DNA of 64,000 nt, taken from the NCBI RefSeq assembly GCF_036321535.1, contig NC_087437.1:114640001-114704000 (forward strand), in the 5' to 3' direction. Shown here one piece after another: positions 12,156 through 25,273 of this stretch. Made by a program: the position numbers and the translations under genes. This DNA comes from Camelus dromedarius (lineage: Eukaryota). The notes under the pieces are model-generated. The model saw only the letters and a list, made by a program, of their open reading frames with translations, was not told the DNA's origin and searched no databases. Numbering within the stretch: position 1 is the first letter of the stretch; each line of letters starts with the position of its first letter.

Positions 12156-13479
12156 TGCAGTGTTTTAATATACACTGAACTGATTATTTAAAAAGTAAGC
12201 TAAAGACAGTTTGAGTGATAATAAAAGAGAAAGAGTGACGTTCATCTGACCTTTTTTTTCAAGTACCAGCTGAGTGTCAGACGCCCATCTGGACACCCGG
12301 GAGTGTCAGCCAACGTAGCGGACCTTGTGGGGATGGCGGGCTGTGTGGTCCCAGCACCAGCTCTCTTCTCCTGGGCTGAGTTTGTACTCAGAGACTGTCA
12401 TGCATCTCACGACATTTCATCTCTTTTCCTTACCAGAGCTGGATGCCAACACGCACAGAGGTTTAACTTGTCCTCGGCACCACTGCTGGGAAGGAGATAC
12501 AGGATTTGGATGCCAGGGGCCTGACCCCAGAGCCCTGTGCACTGCACTGGGCTTGTCTTCCTGTAATTCTTCTCTGTCGTCTTTGCAAATAGGAAGCATG
12601 TGAAAAACGGAGTCACTGCAGATTTTGAGCCAGGTCACTCCTTAAGTGACAGCCCGCCTTGGGAGTTTGCCTCCCTTGTTTTATTGACAGGTGCTGTCAC
12701 CCGGCCCTCAAGCTTTGGTTTCACAGTTGGCAGGAAAATGCCCCGTCAGCTGCAGGTGCACCCCGAGCAGAGAAGGACCAGGCTTTGGTCAGTGTCAGCG
12801 GGACACAAGCTGAGACCCCCCGATGCCCCTGCTCCTCTTAGAGGACGTCCATGAAGTTGCTGATGTCACGTCTGGGCAACCAGAAAATAAGGGATGAATA
12901 AATGCAGGTTGTCAGCAGAAGGGCCTCCCAGAGTGGGAGCCAGTGCACAGAGGTGCTGTGGGCAGAGTGACAGGGAAACACTTCCCCAGGCTTTGTGGAC
13001 GTGCCTTGGAGTGGGAGGCCAGGCGGATTTTGTCCCCAGTGCTTCTGAGGTCCACTGTCACTTGGCACATTTTCGGCTGTGCTCAAGTGAGGGGTATCTT
13101 TCTCTTTATTTACGTCTCCAGTCACATCAGCCTTTTATTTATTTATTTTTTGACACCTTAATGACTCTTCATGCTTTTATGTAACGTGGCTGATCTGTGC
13201 AATGGGACCGCCTCCTGTAAGTACCGTGGCGTCCACAGCCAGGCCAAAGGCGGAGGTGGGTCTCTGTGCCGCAGTGGGTGACAGGACCAGGCAGGCGCTG
13301 CCTCTTGGCGGAGAAGCTGCACCTCTCGGTGACGTTTGTTTTAGCAAGTTCAGTTGCAGTGGCTGCCAGCAGGACAGACACAGAAGGAAGACAGGTGGCA
13401 GCAGCTCAAAATGACAAGGAAGCTGGTGTCTCCAGGGCCCAGGGGCAGCGAGCCCTAACCTGTGCTCTCTCGTCCGCAG

Positions 13480-13669
13480 AACAGACGCCCTACTCCTGAG
13501 GCTGTCCCTGGTGGTCGGCAAGGAGGTGTTCTACGCCGCCCTCTGGGGGAGCGTCCTGGCCAGCCCGTCCATCCGCCTGCCTGCCTCGCTCTTCATGGTG
13601 GGCCACATCAGCAGGGGCTCGCCCGGCAGGGAGCAGAAGTACATGCTGGGGACAGACTACCAGCTCACG
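13480..13669 (+). CDS. DOP1B: DOP1B coding exon (approx. exon 5), 190 nt
   Basis: ccgcag|A...ACG|gtgggt; [63 protein letters not shown]. Confidence 0.95.
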
Positions 13670-14449
13670 GTGGGTGGGTGCGGCGGGCAGGCCTGCTTCC
13701 CCACAGGGCGCCACTGGGCTGCAGGGGGCTGCGGGAGGTGGTGGCGCCCCGAGATGGGGCCAGCAAGGAGGCAGCATCCGTGTGCCACCAGGGATGGCAG
13801 TGTCAGTTTCTATCATACGCATCACAGTTGGTGTATTCAGATGAGTGTTGTTCACCTGAGGACGGCCCTTCCCAGGGCCCTGCAGCTTCAGCGATACGGG
13901 GCTGTCACGGTACCTGGAGAACCTCGCACCAGGCCTGCTGCTGGGCTGCAGGCTTGTTTCTGCCCCTGTCCCCGCCTCCCCGGCACACTGCCCACTGCCC
14001 ACACTGGAGGCCCCCTCCTTCTCCTCCAGACTCTGTCCGGTCCTGCTTTTGCCATCACCCTCTCCTCTGGCTGCTCTTACACCTGGATTGTCGGGGCATC
14101 TGCCCCAGGTCCCTCTTGGCTGGCAGCAACATGCCTTCCCATGACCTTGAGAGATGGGCATTTCCCAGACCTGCCTTCTCCTGAAGCTTAACAGATTGTT
14201 TAATAGCCTGCAGTCTATCGCCACCTAGTGGTGGGCCCACACTTCAAACTTAAAATGTTCAAAGCTGAGTTCATCCTTAAGAAAGTTGGCAAAAACAACT
14301 TGAGTCCATTCCTCTGCAAGTGGGAATAGTAGCTCTTCCTCATGGGGCTCTCGGAGGAAAAGAGTGAGGAAAAGGACCATGAGCAACGCTTAGGACATAG
14401 GAGACTCTCATAAATGCGTTCCCTTCTTCCCAGCCCATCTCTCTCTGTT

Positions 14450-15010
14450 TGCACCGCCCTGCTTCAGCTTCTTGGGTCTTCCTTCTGGGCAACTGATCAA
14501 GTGATTTTCTAACCGATTTCTCCCCCTTTCCTTTCCGACTGCTAAGAGATTTGCCTTGTATAGCTTTGCTCAGATCTGTTCTGTGCTTGAAAAACACCTG
14601 GCTTCCTGTTGGCCTTCAGACCAAGTCCAACCTCAATAGTATCCTAACAACCTGCTCCCAACCCACCGGATGCCTCTGTTCCCCCCTTCAGGGCTCTGCG
14701 CTCCCGGAGCTGGCTGCCTGGCCTCCCCTGGCGCATCTGTGATGCTGTCTTTGCTCCGGTCAGTCCCCTCTCCCACGCTCTCTGCCCAGCCCTCTTCTCT
14801 GTTGTCTCGGTGTGTCTCCTCCTCGTCTTTCAAGTTCAGCTTTCCCCCAAAGCTTCGCTGTTTTCTCCAGCTGAAAGAACGCTCCCTTTCCTCTTCCGAA
14901 TTCTTAGAGCTTTTGGTGCGCATTTCTCTTATGACTCTCATCCATTTTGCAGCTGTACTACGTCTGTATGCACTCAGAAAAGACACTCAGAGTGTGTACT
15001 GAATTGGTTT
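14450..15010 (+). mobile_element. L2 LINE 3' fragment
   Basis: Pyrimidine-rich L2-like motifs (ggcttcctgttggccttcagaccaagtccaacctc; ...actcagagtgtgtactgaattgg); boundaries approximate. Confidence 0.55.
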
Positions 15011-15356
15011 GGAATCCATATGACTGAACGTCTTTGGAGCCTTAGTTTAGCTGTAAGTTCCTGTTGGAACCTTAAGACTTTCCTTTCTGGGATCAGAGAA
15101 TTTGACGTCTTAGAACCTGACCATCTGGTCCAAACCCCTCCAGCACTCAGGAGAAACAAGCGGTCCGTCTTCCCGGTATCTCAAAGCCCCCCTAGCGTCT
15201 GGGGCTAGAACCAAGTCTCCCATGTTTATACTTTATGTTCTGTTCCACGTGAGTTAACACAGTGCTTTCAAGACTCCCGGGAGAAAAAAACAGGAGCCAG
15301 CACGTGGTGTTCAATGTCTTGGGAATGAAATGTTCATGGTGTTTTGTTGTCTACAG

Positions 15357-15455
15357 GTGAAGTCCTTATGTGCATCACTGTTGGACTCAAATGTTCTGGT
15401 GCAAAGAAATAACCTGGAAGTTGTTCTGTTCTTCTTCCCATTCTATGCCTGTCTG
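15357..15455 (+). CDS. DOP1B: DOP1B coding exon (approx. exon 6), 99 nt
   Basis: ctacag|GTG...CTG|gtaagc; [33 protein letters not shown]. Confidence 0.95.
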
Positions 15456-15800
15456 GTAAGCGTTTGTGTTCTTCCAGGGGAGTCGCTGGCCCTGCCCGAG
15501 GATGTGGGGCAGCGGCATAGGTCCGACTGGTCTTGTCCTGAGTGGGAGGGTGGCCCCTCAGGGATCACTGTTCACTCTCAGTGGATTAAAGGTCCTCGTT
15601 CATTTTTGTGAGGATGGTGTTTCCACAGCATAAATTGAACAGCTTCTTTCCCTGGGCAGTGCGGGAAGAACCAACTGCTTTTGAGAACTCCCTCTTTAAG
15701 ATAAGCTTTGTAGACCGTGGTAAGGAGGGCTGCGTGTCCGGAGGTCAGTAACTTACCGTGTCATCTCCCTGCAGCGAAGTTCTCTGTGTCCTCCTCATAG

Positions 15801-15924
15801 GATTCCAACGAGAGAGCCGTTCCCCTGCTCAGATCCGACGTCGTCCACATCCTCTCAGCCGCCGCGCAGACCCTCCTGAGGAGAGACATGTCTCTGAACA
15901 GAAGGCTGTACGCCTGGTTACTAG
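15801..15924 (+). CDS. DOP1B: DOP1B coding exon (approx. exon 7), 124 nt
   Basis: ctcatag|GAT...CTAG|gtactg; [41 protein letters not shown]. Confidence 0.95.
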
Positions 15925-16584
15925 GTACTGAGTGATGCGGTGGTAGAAAGTCTAGGTTAATGTGAAAGCTCTGAGTGCTGATCGTGGACTAAGTTTCAGT
16001 ATCGGTGATACATTCCTGAATCACGAAGTATGGCGAGAGAACGCGGTGACCGAATGGACGCTGGTCAGCTGAGTCCTCCCCACGCCACAGCTTTGCTTGT
16101 TTGTAGCCATTCTGTAAAACATAGGGGAGGGACGGGAGTTTTAAATGTTAACTGAATTCCATTTTAAGAAGCTTGAAATACCCTAGAATGATGGTAACTA
16201 GACATTATTCAAATAGAAGCCTGTTGCTGTGGAGAAGTTTCATGGGCTGAGAGTGCGTGTGAGAAAAGCGCGTAAACGTGGAGGTCCTGTGTGGATGGGA
16301 GCGTCTGTCTCATCGGCACATTTGGGGAGATCCTGGGATGCCTTTGGCGGGGCGCGGGAGCCCTGTTCCATGTTTCTCTGCACGTGTGTTCTCGTGGAGC
16401 CTGTAAACCTGTAGGGAAAGAACCCTTGGCTGTTGGTTGGAAGGCTTCATGGGGACAGAGCCCAGGCAATCACAGGGCTTACTTTCTGAATTTTCTGAAT
16501 TCTTTCTGAATTTTATAAATTCCCATGTTCACGTGCCTAAGAGAAGGTGGTGCACAGGGCGATGGCGAACAGACTCCATAGCCT

Positions 16585-16900
16585 TTTTTTTTTTAAGACT
16601 TTATATGTATTTTTTAGAGCAGTTTTAGGATCACAGTAAAGCTAAGAGAAGGTACAGAGATGCCCCGTTTACCCCTCGTCCCCTACATGTCCAGCCTCCC
16701 CTCCTCCATCATCAGTGTCCCCCACCAGAGTGGCATGTTTACTACAACTGTGGGCCTACACCAGTGCATCCTCATTACCCACAGCCCACCATTTTCATTA
16801 GGGTTCTAGTCAGTGTTGTGCATTTCCTGGGCTTAGACAAACGTATAAGGATGTGTGTCCACTGTCATCGCGCCACACAGACTATTTTCTGCTTCACAAC
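16585..16900 (-). mobile_element. Old L1 3'UTR fragment (L1MC/L1MD-like)
   Basis: ttttagagcagttttaggatcacagtaaa...aaggtacagaga...ccccaccagagtgg motif. Confidence 0.75.
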
Positions 16901-17610
16901 TTTTTTTTTTTAAACCCTCAACATAATAGGTCTTCTATCCCAATGTCAGAAAGTCCTCTTTACCCTTTCTTCCCCTAGTTATAAAACTTTCAGAAGTCAT
17001 AGCATAGAAACTGATAATGGATTTCCTGAAGGGTATTTACAGGCTCTTTAAGCACTTTTGTTAAAAGGATGATTTTGTTAAATGCATACCTCCCTCCCGG
17101 TGGGTCTCGACTTGCTGTGGACAAAGAGGACCCGGGACCCAAGTTCAGCCCCAGCTCCAACTTGCTCAGCCCCGACCCCAGGAGTCCAGGCTGTCTGTTT
17201 AGAAAGATGCCGTTCCTTGCCCCAGAGGACCTTAAAGACTTACCCAAGGTGCAAAATGAGGGCATGTAGATGAGAATACCGATTTCACATAATGCCGTAC
17301 GAATAAACACTGGTTTTAAAAAATGATACTCATTCCGTTAGACCCCCTATAATTATACTTGTCAAGGACAATTAGAATGAGTTCTTGGGATAAACTCAAC
17401 TGATCCGTGTTGAGATGGAATTCTGCCTGTCCAATGCCTGGCACACCTCTGTCAGAAGAAAATGTGACTTGGTTTTGCTGGATCAGATTTTGATTTTTCT
17501 GTTGGAGGAATTCTGTTTTTCAGAATGTCAGAGTGTGAGCCCTCTGCACGATACAATGTACTTTAAGGGTGTAGATCTCTTCACAACTCATGGTGCTTAT
17601 TCTTTTATAG

Positions 17611-17720
17611 GTTCAGATATTAAAGGAAATACTGTTGTGCCAGAATCTGAAACCTCAAATTCTTATGAAGACCAGTCCTTGTATTTCTTTGAAAAATATT
17701 CGAAGGATCTTTTAGTTGAG
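17611..17720 (+). CDS. DOP1B: DOP1B coding exon (approx. exon 8), 110 nt
   Basis: tttatag|GT...GAG|gtaaag; [36 protein letters not shown]. Confidence 0.95.
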
Positions 17721-17819
17721 GTAAAGGAGCATTTCTGGAAAGTAGACCCCAATTAGGACATTCCTGATCAGGGTTCTTCAGTGGAGTTCCTTGTGGGGCT
17801 GCAGAGAAGATTTTGGGGC

Positions 17820-18170
17820 TGTTCCTTGGTACATGGTGGGGAAAATTCCATGTATGGAGGGGGATTGGTTCCATTACCCTCCCTGGACCCCCGTGGATAC
17901 CAGAATCCCCAGATGCTCAAATCCCTCATGTGTGCAACATGGCCGAGTATTTGCATATAACTTACAGACCTCCTCCCACATACTGCAAATCCCCTCTAGA
18001 CTACTTACAGAACCTAGTACAGTGTAAATGCTATGTAAGTAGTTGCCAGTGCATGGCAAATTCAAGTTTTGCTTTTGGAAATGTTCTGGAATCTTTTTTT
18101 CCCAAATATTTTCGATCTGTGGTTGTTTGACTCCGTGGACATGGAGCCCCAAATACAGAATGCCAACTGT
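17820..18170. mobile_element. MER2-like (TcMar-Tigger) DNA transposon
   Basis: ggggattggttcc...ccgtggataccagaatcc...gtatttgcatataac...tgtaaatgctatgtaa...gccaactg matches recalled MER2/MER2B. Confidence 0.85.
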
Positions 18171-18294
18171 TCTCATTTCGTGGTCTGTGACTGCTTTTAC
18201 TTCTGTCCCAGAGTATTTAAGAATTGAAACAACTGATAATGTGATACTGTGCTTTATATAATACCCTGATACGTGGCTTAAAAAACAACGACAG

Positions 18295-18409
18295 GGGCTG
18301 GCTGAGATACTGCACCAGAAGCTCCCGGATGCTGACGCAGAGGAACGCCATCACGCGTACCTGAAGCCTTTCCGCATCCTCATCAGCCTGCTCGACAAGC
18401 CGGAAATAG
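18295..18409 (+). CDS. DOP1B: DOP1B coding exon (approx. exon 9), 115 nt
   Basis: acgacag|GGG...ATAG|gtaaca; [38 protein letters not shown]. Confidence 0.93.
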
Positions 18410-19219
18410 GTAACATTAGATGCGCTTTGCCATCAGATGCCAAAGACGGACCACCTGTTTTGGGGGATTAAAACTCCATGAGATACAATCGACATGTTGT
18501 TTAGAATATGATTTAATCTTTGGAACCTCAGAACCATGCAGTACTGGAGTCGTGATGTGAGGTTCACTTGTCATTGTCCGGGCACCACTTAAAAGTTTTG
18601 TGCAGTAACCTGAACGTTCCTGTTAGGAAAATAGCCTTTGAGCTCCAGATTGATAATAGAGACCAGAGGGGCAAGACGGCCAGTCAGTCTCATCTGTTCT
18701 TTTCCTAGCAGGCTTTAGCCACTTCCTCATTTCTTCTCCTTGAATCTCAACCACGAGCTTGCCTTCACTACTGAAAAGCACTCAGCACGCTTCTGCTGGG
18801 GCTTGTCGTGAACCAGAGGCAACGAAACGGAAGCATAAGAGATTCGATTATTTGCTGATTCCTTTTTACACAGATGTGTTGACAGACCTTTTGTTTTCTC
18901 TGAATCATCCTGTGTTCATTCCTCTGTGTACAGGGGTGGGAGGTCACTCCCTTCCTGCTGGTTGAGGTCTGTGGAGCAGAAATGTCCAGCCGCCTTCTGC
19001 CCGCCTCATTGGCAGCTGGTCCAGTTCTTTTGAGCCACCTTAAGCTTTTCAGGGTTGGTGGTGTTTCTTTTGTGTTGTTTTAACTCATCATTAAAAGAAT
19101 TCAGAATAGGGAAGGTTACCCTGCTGTCTTGGTGTTTATATTGAGTGAACTCTCTGGCCCTGCAGTTTATACACTCTTAAAACATGTGACACTCCCTGCC
19201 TCGGCCCAGCAGAGCCCGC

Positions 19220-19380
19220 CTTGGGCCAGCCGCTCAGCCTCCCAGCCCCAGTCCTCTTACCTGTAATCAGGGCAGCAGAACAATACCTGGTTAAATGGCT
19301 GTCCCGAGGATTAAATAAGTTAGTAGTTTTAAAATACTTAGAATGGTGTCCAGCATGTGGTAAGGCCTACAGAAGTGTCA
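19220..19380 (+). mobile_element. MIR SINE
   Basis: ttgggccagccgctcagcctc...cctgtaatcaggg...gaggattaaataag core. Confidence 0.65.
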
Positions 19381-19562
19381 GTGGAAACTGTTTCACCAGT
19401 GTTATTCCCCAGCTGAAGGTGTCATTGTCACTCCTAAAGTTTCTGTATGAGACTGCGTAAATTGTCCATAGGGTTGCTCACGGTATGTTTTATACGTATG
19501 TCATTTATGGGTTTAAAAGTGGACTGTTCATCTTTCTCTGGCCATTTTCTTCTTCATTGCAG

Positions 19563-19683
19563 GGCCTCAGGTGGTTGGGGATTTGTTTCTGGAAGTCATC
19601 CGGGCCTTTTATTCTTACTGCAGAGATGCTCTTGGCTCTGATCTTAAACTTAGCTACACTCAGAGTGGAAATTCCCTGACAAG
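19563..19683 (+). CDS. DOP1B: DOP1B coding exon (approx. exon 10), 121 nt
   Basis: ttgcag|GG...ACAAG|gtatgg; [39 protein letters not shown]. Confidence 0.95.
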
Positions 19684-21192
19684 GTATGGGCTTGGCTTCT
19701 AACTTCCCTCTTTTCCTTCCTCCCTAAAGCCATACTGTTTTTCCCTCTGTTTACTGTAAACCGTGAAGTGCCTCAGAAAGTGGAGGTGTAGCAGGTCAGG
19801 CCTGTGCTCTGAAATCGATCAGCGCGAATTGACTTTTTCCTGTTGAATACTGTGAAGAGTTTAAAAGGAGTTTGATCTTGTCTCTGCCCCAGCCCGGGAA
19901 GTATAAACCGTGTTTATTGATCAAGTGTGAAAAGTGATTCAACAGAGGCAGCCTGGTCTAGTGTATCCAAACGGCCAGTTACAGGGAGGAGGGCAGGCGG
20001 AGATCAGGGCAGGGAGTGGAGCCTATGGGCACCAGCCTTCAGGGAGACCCGTCAGAAGAGGGGGAGCAGGTGAGGGCTCCCCAAGGGCACATGCCCTATG
20101 ACCCTGGAGGCAGGGTGAGTGGGGTTTGGAAGACAGCAGACAGGTTATCCATCAACCCTGTGTTTTGTTCTGTTTTTGTTCTTTTTAAGGTAGTACAGCC
20201 TCTTCCCTTTTACTTTTACTCTTGATATAATTTCCTTCTCCCTGAATTGGCATTGGGCATGTTGAAAATTTTAAACAATTAGAAGTTTTTTCTCATTTAT
20301 TCATTGTAAGTGTGCCAAGAGTTTTTAGTGTTTGCTTTTTCTCCCAGAATGAGAGTAGTTTATTGTTTTTCTGGGCACGAGAGGAATACCTGTTCGTTGT
20401 AGAATATACCAATATTTGAAGGTATCAAGAAAAATAGATACCGTCCATAATCCCACCGCTCTTCAGAGCACAACGTAAAACATTTGCATTTCTTTCCAGA
20501 CTTTCAATGCATAAGTACATAGATGCTTATCTTTCATTTTTAAGATGGAATTACAATAACTGTTTAGTTGCCTTTTTTTTTTTTAAAGCAAGGTGTAAAT
20601 GGCTCTGCTCTCTTCTCCTATGAACATGAAGTTGCCTTAGATTCCTCAGTAAGGCTTTATCACTTCTGTAAGAAATCCTGACTGACCAGTCTCTTATTGA
20701 TTGACTTTTGGGTGGTTTCCACTTTCAGTATTTTAAAATGGCGTTGCAGTGATAGCCTTATGCCTACATCTTTGTGTGCCTCTGCAAGAATTTCTGTAGG
20801 ATAAATCCCTGGAATAAATTCCCTGAGTCAAAGACGATGCACATTTAAATGTTAGCCAAATTTCCCTCCTAAATGGCTCTACTATATTATTTCACAAGTG
20901 GAGTATGTAATTACCTGTAGTTGGACTAAACTGGTTTTCCATGTCACATCCTTTTTCCAGGAGCTCTTAAGCTTACTTCTGAGAGAATGTATCAGTGTAA
21001 ATACCGTTTAGGACAGCACAGTGCATACTCTTCCCTGCGTAAGAACAGATACATTTTAATCTGTAACTGAGTTTGCCAATCTCTCTAGAAATAAGTTGTA
21101 AGTGGTAAAATGAATTAGTTTTTCAGACATGGCATTCTTGTCATACAGGGGTTTTCCTAGATGCGTTTATAAATATCCCTCTTCCCTTACAG

Positions 21193-21312
21193 TGCAATAA
21201 AAGAAAACAGACACGCCTCTGAGATTGTTAAAACGGTGAATTTGCTGATCACTTCCCTGAGCACAGACTTTCTCTGGGATTACATGACAAGGTGTTTTGA
21301 GAATTGCTTCAG
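21193..21312 (+). CDS. DOP1B: DOP1B coding exon (approx. exon 11), 120 nt
   Basis: cttacag|T...TTCAG|gtaagc; [39 protein letters not shown]. Confidence 0.95.
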
Positions 21313-22439
21313 GTAAGCTTCTGGTTCAGGACGGTGAGGGTGTGGGAAGGAACTGAGGGCTTCATGGTTTTGTAGCTGCTGTTGTGGTCAGACGATACTT
21401 AACTGGCTCAAGTTGAGTGGTCTCTGCTGAAGACACGATTGGAAAGAATTCGTTTAAAATTACAAGAGTATTGAAAACGTTGCCATTTAGAAGATTCGCA
21501 TAATTCTGAAGCTTCCTTATTAGAGGCAAACTTTAGGAACTCTTCTGTGCGTTTTCTAATCGGCTTTCTTCACACAGGGCTTCCTTGGAGGCCCGATCTA
21601 TTAAAGAAGTTTAGTTTTGTGGCCCTGGGATTGGCTAGAGTGTTTCTGAAATCATCAATTTTCTTAAATTCTTATTGAAATTCGTGGATACCTGGTCGGT
21701 TGAAAGTATTCGTGTCTTCAGCGGCTGCAGTCAGCTTTACTGCCACTTTCAGTCTGGCGAATTGCACCACCCCAGAATTGCAGGGGGTGGTGCACTCAGG
21801 ATGGCAGGCTTTCCCGCAGGGCCCATGCCCATGATTCTCCCTGTAAAGGAGGACTGAGGTCATCTCTCACACCCCATTTTGCCCCGTGGGTCATGCTCTA
21901 AAACCTCATTCTTGTCACCTCCTTTGCAATGCCCGGTGTTGTCACACTGCCTTCGGTACCTGCAGCTGTAATCAGGGCGTTGCTTATTAATGTTTGCCGT
22001 GGGCCATCCCCTGGACACCCCCGGGAGAAGCAGGCGCTCCCATCACGTAAGAAAGCCGGAGCTCAGAGACGTGAAGTACCTTGTGTGACACTGCACAGCA
22101 AATTAGCAGCAGCTGAGATTAAAACCAGGCCTGCCTGATGTCCCAGCTGCTCCTGCTCTGCCGTCTCTAGTGCCAGGCCCCAGGATGCATTCAAACCTGT
22201 GATGAATAAATTCATCGTAATTGGATCCATGGGGACAGCAGGGCCATGTTATACTGAGACCGGAAGGTATTTGGTCAGCTTATCTCCATTTCAGAGTTAC
22301 AAGGAGTGCTTTCTTTAAAGAGAAAGAGTTAACGAAGCATTGCAGGTGTAAGAGAGGAGAGGAAATAATGTCAGACATATATCACCTGTCGCTGAAATTA
22401 CAGGTGACGCTTGATTGTTGTTTTTCACGTCTTTCTTTT

Positions 22440-22610
22440 ATTTATTCTATTTTTGGACATTTACATTATTTATTTACTTATTTATCTTTTGTTGAAGTAT
22501 ATAGTCAGTGTACAGTGTTGTATTAATTTCTGGGGTATAACATAGTGATACCTTCATACATATATATATATACCTTTTCATATTCTTTTTCATTATAGGC
22601 TATTATTCAC
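22440..22610 (-). mobile_element. Short L1 3'-end fragment (camelid/artiodactyl type)
   Basis: T-rich tail then ttgaagtatatagtcagtgtacagtgttgtattaatttctgg, shared with other L1 3' ends in the window. Confidence 0.75.
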
Positions 22611-23633
22611 ATTTTTTTCTTTTAAAGGAATAAAACGTTGCTACCCCAATAGAGCTAACTGCCCACCGTCCCAGCACTTTTCTCTCCTTTCATCCCAGTA
22701 TTAATCCCTCTCCTGCCCGTGATGTCTGTGTTTTTATGCCAAGTGTGTATCTTTCATTCATCGTAGGTGTGGTAGTCCAGTGCGCAAATAAACCAGTGTT
22801 TTCACTGTTGTCCATAGTACTGTGGTGACCACACTTGCCCCGTCTCTTTACACACAGACACACGGGTTTCTTCAAAGTCGACACCTATAAGCAGAACCTC
22901 CGGGATGTAGTGGTTGCAGGTTTTTAGTCATTCTCTTACCAAGATAAACTCTGAGATAACTAAGCAATAATTTACAACGAAGAAGATTAACTCAAGTTGA
23001 ATTGTACTGTGATAGCTAGGTGAATCCAAAATTATTCTGTTTCAAGAACCGGTATATACTTTTAAATTCATTTATCCAGTTGCCTTCTTATTTAAAAGGA
23101 AGTGTTGACTTTCAGTATAAGATAAGCAGCTCCTAATGGAACTGACCGGTGGAGTTACACTTCTCTGAGGAAACTGAAGAATTCCGAGCACCTCACGTGG
23201 ATGAGCTCACGGTGACCCTGGGGAGCTGCCTGTGGTTGCTCCTACAGCAAGTCAAACAGCTGTCCTGTGTTGTCCCGGAGCCTGGCTCCCTCCCTCGGAA
23301 CATGCCTGTGGTTTGGGGTCGTTGCTGTGGGCAGCTCCAGCTCTGCTCGGTGTGGCATTCCACGTGAGCCTGGGACCACCTTCATCTGACTCGATGAACT
23401 TCAACTCAGCGTGAACCCCTTTTGTGGCTGAGCAGATTTGAGACACTTACTGATTCTTTTATGTGTGCGATAGTTTTAGGCACCAAAGCTTAATTGTTAG
23501 TACTACAGGAGCTCTTTCATTATATTTGAAATAGAATTGAAATAGAATAAGTCACGTTATTGGGAATCATAGGAAATGCTTGAAATTATTTTAAGAGAGT
23601 TGATTTGTTTTTCTTTTCCTGGGACTCACGCAG

Positions 23634-23736
23634 ACCAATGAAGCAGAGAAACGCTCTCGGGAGAAGCGTCGGCCCTCCCCCGACAGCCTCAGAGATCTGC
23701 ACCCTCCTCGTGTTCATTCTGGACGTTATCCCCCTG
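23634..23736 (+). CDS. DOP1B: DOP1B coding exon (approx. exon 12), 103 nt
   Basis: cacgcag|A...CTG|gtgggt; [34 protein letters not shown]. Confidence 0.93.
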
Positions 23737-24338
23737 GTGGGTCCCTTGCTGTAAAGAGATGGCTCAGTGCTGGCTGTTACTTACGTTCTTCTGAGTGTTG
23801 TCGGCCTTTGTAGAAACCAAAACTTACCGAAGAGTATTATACATAAATATGTAGCACCCCTTCCGTGTTTGTTTCAGCAAGGAAGCTGTAGCCGGGTGTG
23901 ATCTCTTATGTCTTTTATGTCCTTTTAATTAAAAGGGTTATAACTTTTGAGCCAGTTGTAAGTGGGCCGAGCTGAAGTTATGAAACCAGATGATGAACTG
24001 GGTGTCACCCCTGTACAACAGCTATTTAGGAATGAGAGTAAATGTATTTCCTAGTTAAAATTGTGCTGTTGGCTCATTTTCTCAAAGGAAACTAATCTCC
24101 TTAATATAGAAATAGTTGTGGCAGTTTTTTTTTTTTACTAGAAAGAATAAAGCTACCTGAACGGAGAGGAAGAACGTCCATTGATTTAGATCAAAAAGAA
24201 ATATTGTTTTGTTTTCTGACTTGGAAACTAACATGAAACAAATTTATGCTCTAAAAATATTTGGATTGTCTAAGGGGCCGTTTTCTACAGGGTGTCAACT
24301 GGAAACACGTTAGTTAAAGCCGTGTCTTTACTTCACAG

Positions 24339-24530
24339 GAACTTTACTCTGAGGTGCAAACCCAGTACCTCCCGCAGGTGCTGGGCTGCCTGGTGCAGCC
24401 TCTGGCTGAGGAGATGGACGCGCTCAGCTTACCTGAGTTCACGCACGCCGTGAAGACGTGTTTCAAAGTGCTCAGCAAAGTCCAGATGCCCCCTTCCTAC
24501 CTGGACACGGAGCTTGCAAGTGGAAGCTCG
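24339..24530 (+). CDS. DOP1B: DOP1B coding exon (approx. exon 13), 192 nt
   Basis: ttcacag|GAA...TCG|gtaggt; [25 protein letters not shown]...[18 protein letters not shown]. Confidence 0.95.
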
Positions 24531-24829
24531 GTAGGTGCTGGGAGGAGCGGAAGTGGTTCCCTGGGCTGAAAGATCCTTGTGCCTTCCCGGGTAGGAGTAA
24601 AGACCGGAAGATGTATCGGCAATGTCTAAAATACACTTCTAACGTCCTCTAACGCTTTATCAAAGCTTTTAGTGTAGAAGTCACCCTCCTCCGTGTCACC
24701 CCTTCTCTGGTACTTCCTGCAACAGCCCATCACTAAGCTCACAGTTAGACGTAGCTCGCTGTCCAGACCTTCTATATGCATGTTTGTATATATGAAATTT
24801 TGCTTTTTTTTTTTTTTAATATAAGTGAG

Positions 24830-25273
24830 AGATTAGTTCCTGAGGCTATGGTAAAAAAGTGCCACACTGGGTGACAAATAACAGAAATTTACTGTCTGAA
24901 GTTCTGGAGGCCAGATGTCCGAGGTTAAGGTGTCAGGAGGGTGATTCCTTCTGAGGATTGTGAGGGAGAATCTGTTCCACGCATCTCAACTGTCTTCTGG
25001 GGTTTGCTGGCCATCTTTGGATTCCTTGGCTCGTAGACACGCCACCCAGTCTCCGCCCTCCTCTTCACACAGCGTCTTCCTCACGTGCATATCTGTGCGT
25101 CCAAATTTTGCCTTTTTATAAGGACACCAGTGATGCTGGATTAGGACCCACCCTAATGACCTCACTTAATTTGATCTTTGCAAGGACTCTATTTCCAAAT
25201 GAGGTCACATTTATAAGTACTGGAGATTAAGACTTCCAGCATCTTTTTTAGGGAACACAGGTCAACCCGTAAC
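24830..25273. mobile_element. MLT1 (MaLR) LTR
   Basis: aacagaaatttactgtctgaagttctggaggccagatgtccgagg...ggattaggacccaccctaatgacctca...caacccgtaac. Confidence 0.85.

Noticed and set aside
22198..22260. Possible C/D-box snoRNA (GTGATGA...CTGA) with a small hairpin gatgaat-aa-attcatc
   Set aside because: No terminal stem, short, and no recognisable guide; likely chance
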